Shown here: piece after piece, positions 59,358-64,000 of the stretch
How the letters are laid out: each line of letters opens with the position of its first letter
How positions within the stretch are numbered: position 1 is the first letter of the stretch
From: Alphaproteobacteria bacterium
GTDB lineage: Bacteria; Pseudomonadota; Alphaproteobacteria; Bin95
Assembly: GCA_963665325.3 (NCBI GenBank)
Contig: CAXXWS020000004.1
Coordinates: 288,001 to 352,000 of the forward strand
Reading direction: 5' to 3'
Length of the DNA stretch: 64,000 nucleotides
The notes under the pieces: generated by a model
The model's database searches: none
The model's input: only the letters and a program-made list of their open reading frames with translations
Told to the model about the DNA's origin: nothing
Translations under genes and position numbers: made by a program

Positions 59358-60875
59358 ATGAGAACCATGAAACATTGGGCTATCGCGGCGATGACCGCTA
59401 CGGCCTTGGCGCTTGCAGGTTGCGGAGGCGGCGGAAGTTCGCCGCAGTCGGCAACGGACGGCGCGACACAGGTAGAGCAGATCGCCACGCTTCAAGGGCA
59501 GATCAACGCGCTGCGGGCGGAGCTTGGGCTGGATCCGATCGACATCGACAACCTGACCGGCAGCGTGTCCGATCTGGAGGGGCAGGTGTCCGCTCTGCGG
59601 GGGCAGATCGTCGACCGTGACAAAGAGATCGCCGACGCCGCGCGAGCGGCCATGACGGCACAGGGCAAGGCCGTCTTCGGCGTGCTCGACCCGTTGGGCG
59701 ATGCGACCACCGCTGCAGATTCAACGATTGCCGCAGCCGCGCCGACTGTATCGGCGAGGCACGGGGCGACGACACGGGTGACCGCCGCCAATCAAATGAC
59801 GTGGGTCAACACTCTTACCGCCGCCGGGATCGACACAACGGCCAACACTGCCTTCACGAGCGCGCAGGCCGGAACATCGGTGAGCCTTGCCGCGAACAAT
59901 GGCTTTTCGGGAACGATGCTGACCTGGGAGGACGCGACCAGGGCCGACACGATGTTCGTCTACACCGACATCGCAGCGCCGCGTAGCAGGCTGTTCTCGG
60001 AGCAGTATGGCGGCAACGATCAGGTGCTGGCCTTGTCAACCACCGCGCATAGTGGCGTTGCGGGCACGGCCTTCAACGGGCGCGAAGGCGGCACGGTCGA
60101 GCACGAGCCGAACGTCAGTGCGACTCCGGGTGCGCCCCCGACTATCGTGAGGCTGCCCGGCACCTATCAAGGCGCCGCCGGGTCCTACCAGTGCACCGGG
60201 GCCGACTGCTCCTCGTCGGTGAATGCCAATGGCACCATCACGTTCGGGGGCGGCGGCGGCTGGATGTTCACCGCCAACACCGGAGCGATGGTCTCGCTCG
60301 CAGATAGCGCCTACATGTCCTTCGGGTGGTGGATGAGGGACGACAAGACGTCCTCCAATCTGCTCGACAACGTCGCGGTGTTCCACGGACCGCAGGGGGG
60401 CACCGCCGTGGGCGCTGTCACCGATCTGACCGGCACGGCAGATTATGAAGGCGCCGCCGCCGGCAAGTATGCCTGGCGGGACCGGGTCGCGGACACCGCC
60501 CATGGCGGCCACTTCACGGCGAAGGCTGCGCTGTCGGCAAACTTCGATACCGACATGATGAATGGCTCGGTCTCCGCCTTCCGGATCGGCGATGACGGCG
60601 CGGACCCGGACTGGACCGTGACGCTGTCGCAAACTGCCATCGACACCAGCGACGGCTCGGTAGCGAGAACCGGTACCACCACCCAATGGGCCGTCGGATC
60701 GAGCAAGGCCGACAGGGCGGGCGGTTGGCAAGCGCAGCTTTCCACCACCGGCGCGAGCCGTAACGACGATCTGCCCACCGGCGTTTCGGGCGCGTTCGAT
60801 GCCCAGTTCGGCGAGCAGGGCCGGATGCTCGGCGCGTTCGGCGCCAATATCACGAACCCGAACCCGCCGAACTGA
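59358..60875 (+). CDS. Surface lipoprotein with TbpB-like C-terminal barrel
   Basis: Lipobox LALAGC plus GGGGSS, coiled coil, YMSFGWW, GTADYEGAAAGKY, LSANF, GRMLGAFGA. Confidence 0.8.
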   Translation: MRTMKHWAIAAMTATALALAGCGGGGSSPQSATDGATQVEQIATLQGQINALRAELGLDPIDIDNLTGSVSDLEGQVSALRGQIVDRDKEIADAARAAMTAQGKAVFGVLDPLGDATTAADSTIAAAAPTVSARHGATTRVTAANQMTWVNTLTAAGIDTTANTAFTSAQAGTSVSLAANNGFSGTMLTWEDATRADTMFVYTDIAAPRSRLFSEQYGGNDQVLALSTTAHSGVAGTAFNGREGGTVEHEPNVSATPGAPPTIVRLPGTYQGAAGSYQCTGADCSSSVNANGTITFGGGGGWMFTANTGAMVSLADSAYMSFGWWMRDDKTSSNLLDNVAVFHGPQGGTAVGAVTDLTGTADYEGAAAGKYAWRDRVADTAHGGHFTAKAALSANFDTDMMNGSVSAFRIGDDGADPDWTVTLSQTAIDTSDGSVARTGTTTQWAVGSSKADRAGGWQAQLSTTGASRNDDLPTGVSGAFDAQFGEQGRMLGAFGANITNPNPPN

Positions 60876-60934
60876 CGGCGTTGTTCGGACCTTTACCCCG
60901 GCCGCTCCGGCGGCCGGGGCGCGGGGGACTACCC

Positions 60935-60970
60935 AGGCCCGCGGGGCACCGCCCCCGTGGGCCTCTTTCA
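60935..60970 (+). terminator. Putative intrinsic terminator/attenuator between lipoprotein and Slam
   Basis: AGGCCCGCGGGG...CCCCGTGGGCCT hairpin followed by CTTTC; a second hairpin lies at about 60896-60919. Confidence 0.5.
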
Positions 60971-60991
60971 TTCGAGTCAGCGGAACGTGAT

Positions 60992-62290
60992 TTGCGCTTC
61001 TTGATCCTCATCATCGTCGCCTGCCTTCTCATCCTCGTCACTGCAACGCTCGCCTATGCCGGTCCGGACGCGGCGAATGTTGCGAAAGGCGGCGATGGCG
61101 CCGCCGAGGCCACCGACCGGCGCTTCCGGGCCGGCATGGGGGCGCTCGCGGCCGCCCATGCCGCGTCGGACCGCGACGCCCGCGACGAGAAGCTCGACGT
61201 GGCCATCGCCGCCTTCCGCGCCATTCTGGTGGACCGCCCGGAGCTTGTGCGGGTGCGTCTGGAACTTGCCCGCGCTTTCTTCCTGAAAGAGGAGGACACG
61301 CTTGCCCGAAGGCATTTCGAGCAGGTGCTGGCCGGCAGACCGCCGCCCCCGGTGGTCGCCAATATCGTCCGCTTCCTGCGCACCATGCGCTCGCGGCGGC
61401 GCTGGGAGGCGCATTTCGGCGCGGCCATAGCCCCCGACAGCAACCTGAACGCCGCGTCGGGCGAGCGCACGATCTTCCTCGACACGCCCTTCGGACGGCT
61501 GCCCTTCACTCGCCAGGGCGACATCACGCCGAAGTCCGGCCTCGGCCTCTCGGTCTGGGGTGGCGGCGAATACCAGTATCCGCTTTCACAGACTATCCGG
61601 CTGCGCTCCGGGGCCAACGCCAGCATCCGGGAATACAAGGGCGGGACCTTCGACCGCCACTCTGTCTCGGCGCATCTGGGTCCGCGCCGGCTGATCGACG
61701 CGCGCACCGAGGCGAGCCTGCTGGCGACGGTGGACCGGCAATGGGCCGCCGGCAGGCCCGAGACCGACCGCTTCGGCCTGCGGCTGGAGGGTGAACACCA
61801 GCTGACGCCGCGCCTCGCGATGTTCGGGCGGGCAAGCGCCGTTCGGCGCAACTGCCGCGACTGCAACCATCTCGACGGCCCGGAGGGGATGGTGTCGCTC
61901 GGGGCCACATGGGCCGCACTGCCGATCTTGCGACTCAGCGGCAATGCCGGCTGGAACTGGAGCCGCACCAACTCCGAGCATTGGCGCTCAAGCGGCCCGC
62001 AGGCCAGCCTGAGCGCGTCGCTGGCGCTGCCGCTTGGCTTCACCGTCGGCCTGCGTGCTTCCATGCAGCGCACCGAATACGAGGGCCGGGGCTTCGCCCA
62101 CAACACCATCGACCGCGAGCCGCGCGAGGACGAGACGCGGACGCTCTCGCTCTCGGTCCACAACCGCGCGGTGACGGTGCTCGGCTTCAGCCCCCGCATC
62201 AGCCTCGTCCGCGAGGAGCGCGACACCAACGCCCAGGCCCTCGACTACAAGCGAAACCGCGCCGAGCTCTCCTTCGTTAGGCAATTCTGA
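60992..62290 (+). CDS. Slam-family (DUF560) surface lipoprotein assembly modulator / type XI secretion outer-membrane protein
   Basis: Signal peptide, TPR-like RVRLELARAFF...ARRHFEQVL, APDSNLN, barrel ending LSFVRQF; TTG start about 60992. Confidence 0.85.
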   Translation: MRFLILIIVACLLILVTATLAYAGPDAANVAKGGDGAAEATDRRFRAGMGALAAAHAASDRDARDEKLDVAIAAFRAILVDRPELVRVRLELARAFFLKEEDTLARRHFEQVLAGRPPPPVVANIVRFLRTMRSRRRWEAHFGAAIAPDSNLNAASGERTIFLDTPFGRLPFTRQGDITPKSGLGLSVWGGGEYQYPLSQTIRLRSGANASIREYKGGTFDRHSVSAHLGPRRLIDARTEASLLATVDRQWAAGRPETDRFGLRLEGEHQLTPRLAMFGRASAVRRNCRDCNHLDGPEGMVSLGATWAALPILRLSGNAGWNWSRTNSEHWRSSGPQASLSASLALPLGFTVGLRASMQRTEYEGRGFAHNTIDREPREDETRTLSLSVHNRAVTVLGFSPRISLVREERDTNAQALDYKRNRAELSFVRQF

Positions 62291-62381
62291 CTGAGCAGCC
62301 GGACAGAGCAGGATGCACCGTAGACCGGTTACATAGTTCGCCTGCGCTGCGCCCGCCGCCCGTGCCGTTCAGGCCGAGGGC

Positions 62382-63209
62382 GTGCTCAGTGTCGACGTGC
62401 GGATCCCTGACGGCGGGACCCGGACCCTCAATACCGTCCGCGACACCGAATGGACGTCGGGGCTGTTCCTCCCGCGTCCCGTCCAACCCGGTCATTCCAG
62501 CCGCGAATGGATACTGGCGGACAACCACTATGACGGCCGGGTGTTCTTTTACGCCCTCGTCTCGTGGGACAACGCCGACCCGACGGACTACCTCGCGGCG
62601 GGATGGTGGCTGACCTCCCCGCCGGATGTCCCCATTCGGGCGTTCGGGGCCGCCGCCCGCGGGGTCTTTCTCGATGGCCCGGAACTTGATCCGGCCCGCC
62701 CGCCCGACCTCCCTCTCGCGGGCAGGGCCACCTATGTCGGCGCAATGGGCGGTCACTACACGTACAACTACGGACGGGCATGGGGCGAGTTGGTCGGGCT
62801 CACCGAGGTCACGGAATTTTCGGGACCTGTCTCGTTGACCGCCGATTTCGACCGGAACCGCCTCACCGTGTGCCTCGGGTGTCCGGGGCCAATCGAAACC
62901 GCACCCGGTCGCCATCTCGCTCCCGCCATGCCGTGGGGAGCGGACGATCCCGCGGCGTTGCCCGCCGACTACGATGTGCGCTTCGAAGCCTCGATTGACG
63001 CAAGCGGAGCGTTCGAGAGTACCGCCATCACCGTGGCGCATCCCGACCGCGCCATCGTGAAGAACGCCGGGACGTGGCAGAAACAGTTCTCGAACATGCC
63101 GGATGTGGATGGCAGTCCCCGGCGCGCGGTCGGCTCGACCGACGTGCTGTTCGCCGAAGACGACGGCTCGCATGGACGCTTTACGCGCATCTCCTCCAGC
63201 CACTTGTAG
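62382..63209 (+). pseudogene. Truncated TbpB-like barrel protein
   Basis: DYLAAGWWL, FLDGPEL, LPLAGRATYVG, LTADF; no lipobox; C-terminus breaks just before IS4. Confidence 0.6.
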
Positions 63210-63221
63210 ACCATCACCAGA

Positions 63222-64000
63222 CCTTTCAATTACCCACAACGTCGATTTGCGCAGTTGCGCCGAGGGTAATGTCATTGAGGCGGGCGAGGCCGCGCCACAA
63301 GACGATGTTTCCAGGCGGCGGGTCCTTGGTTCGGGCGAGATAGCCGCCGAGCCGCGCGATCTTCGTGAGGTAGTCGGACAGGGTTTTCGGCGTCGATGGG
63401 CCGGGACCCCGGTCAGGGATCAGGTGATCGAGCAGCTTGATTTCGATTTCGGTGAGCACGAGGCCCGGTTCAAGGTCCGGTTCGGTCCGGTTGAGCATCG
63501 TCAACCAGAAGACGCGCCAGCTCAAAATGCAGAAGACCGCGATCAGCCTGACGAGCCTCTCGGCGGTCCGCAGGCGAGCCTGTTCGGCGCGGCAGCCCGA
63601 TTTCAGGATCTTGTGGAAGACCTCGATCTTCCAGCGCATGGCATACCAGCGGAGCTTCTCCACCGCGTCGTCGTGGCTGTCGACCGGCAGGTCGGTGATC
63701 AGCTTCCAGTCGATGCGGGGTCGTCCGACCGGCTCTTCCGGCTCTCGGGCGTGCAACACCGTAAGCGTGAGCGACGGATAGCGCTTTCGTTTGCCGAGCG
63801 GCGGCCGGATGGTCATGTGCTGGTAGTAAAGTTCGACCTGAGTGGAGCCCAGCCTGCCCTTGTCGTCACGAACCGCGATCCGGTGCAGCCCGCGAACCTT
63901 CGCCTCCGCCATGACCGACGCCACTGTACGGGAGCCGTCCTCGGCATATCTGTCGGAAAAGCGCCTGATGAGAAAGTGGGTATCGAGTTCCCGAGCGAGG
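63222..64000 (-). mobile_element. IS4-family (IS50/Tn5-like) transposase, partial (runs off window)
   Basis: WKLITDLPV, YAMRWKIEVFHKILKSGC (YREK), IARLGGYLARTKDPPPG.VLWRGL; frame open to window end, stop at 63226. Confidence 0.92.

Overview
GC-rich alphaproteobacterial chromosome. A host-associated marine lifestyle (e.g. sponge symbiont) is inferred from secreted ankyrin proteins, Uma2 and Slam/TbpB-like genes. Bases 1-43.4 kb are mostly core genes (atpA/atpH, priA, transaldolase-DUF484-xerC, tRNA-Pro, pobA, ffh-rpsP-rimM-trmD-rplS-leuC-leuD, ampG, degQ-rarA-crcB-rluC, tRNA-Glu) with small insertions. Bases 44-64 kb are a decaying accessory island: three ribbon-helix-helix genes, a MOBF relaxase-helicase with a repetitive tail, a BCCT transporter, IS630, prlF-yhaV, a porin, a TbpB-like lipoprotein plus Slam, IS4 and several gene remnants. 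Two items are missed by the ORF track. (1) A dispersed non-coding element is present in three copies (about 12.65, 26.25 and 43.4 kb). It has a promoter-like head, a multi-hairpin core whose pairing appears conserved, and a ~10-bp-phased CATGAC triplet, and each copy points into the downstream gene. (2) A SelW/Rdx-family selenoprotein (C-x-x-TGA plus a SECIS-like hairpin) lies at 36023-36244. All family calls come from motif recognition by eye; no searches were run.
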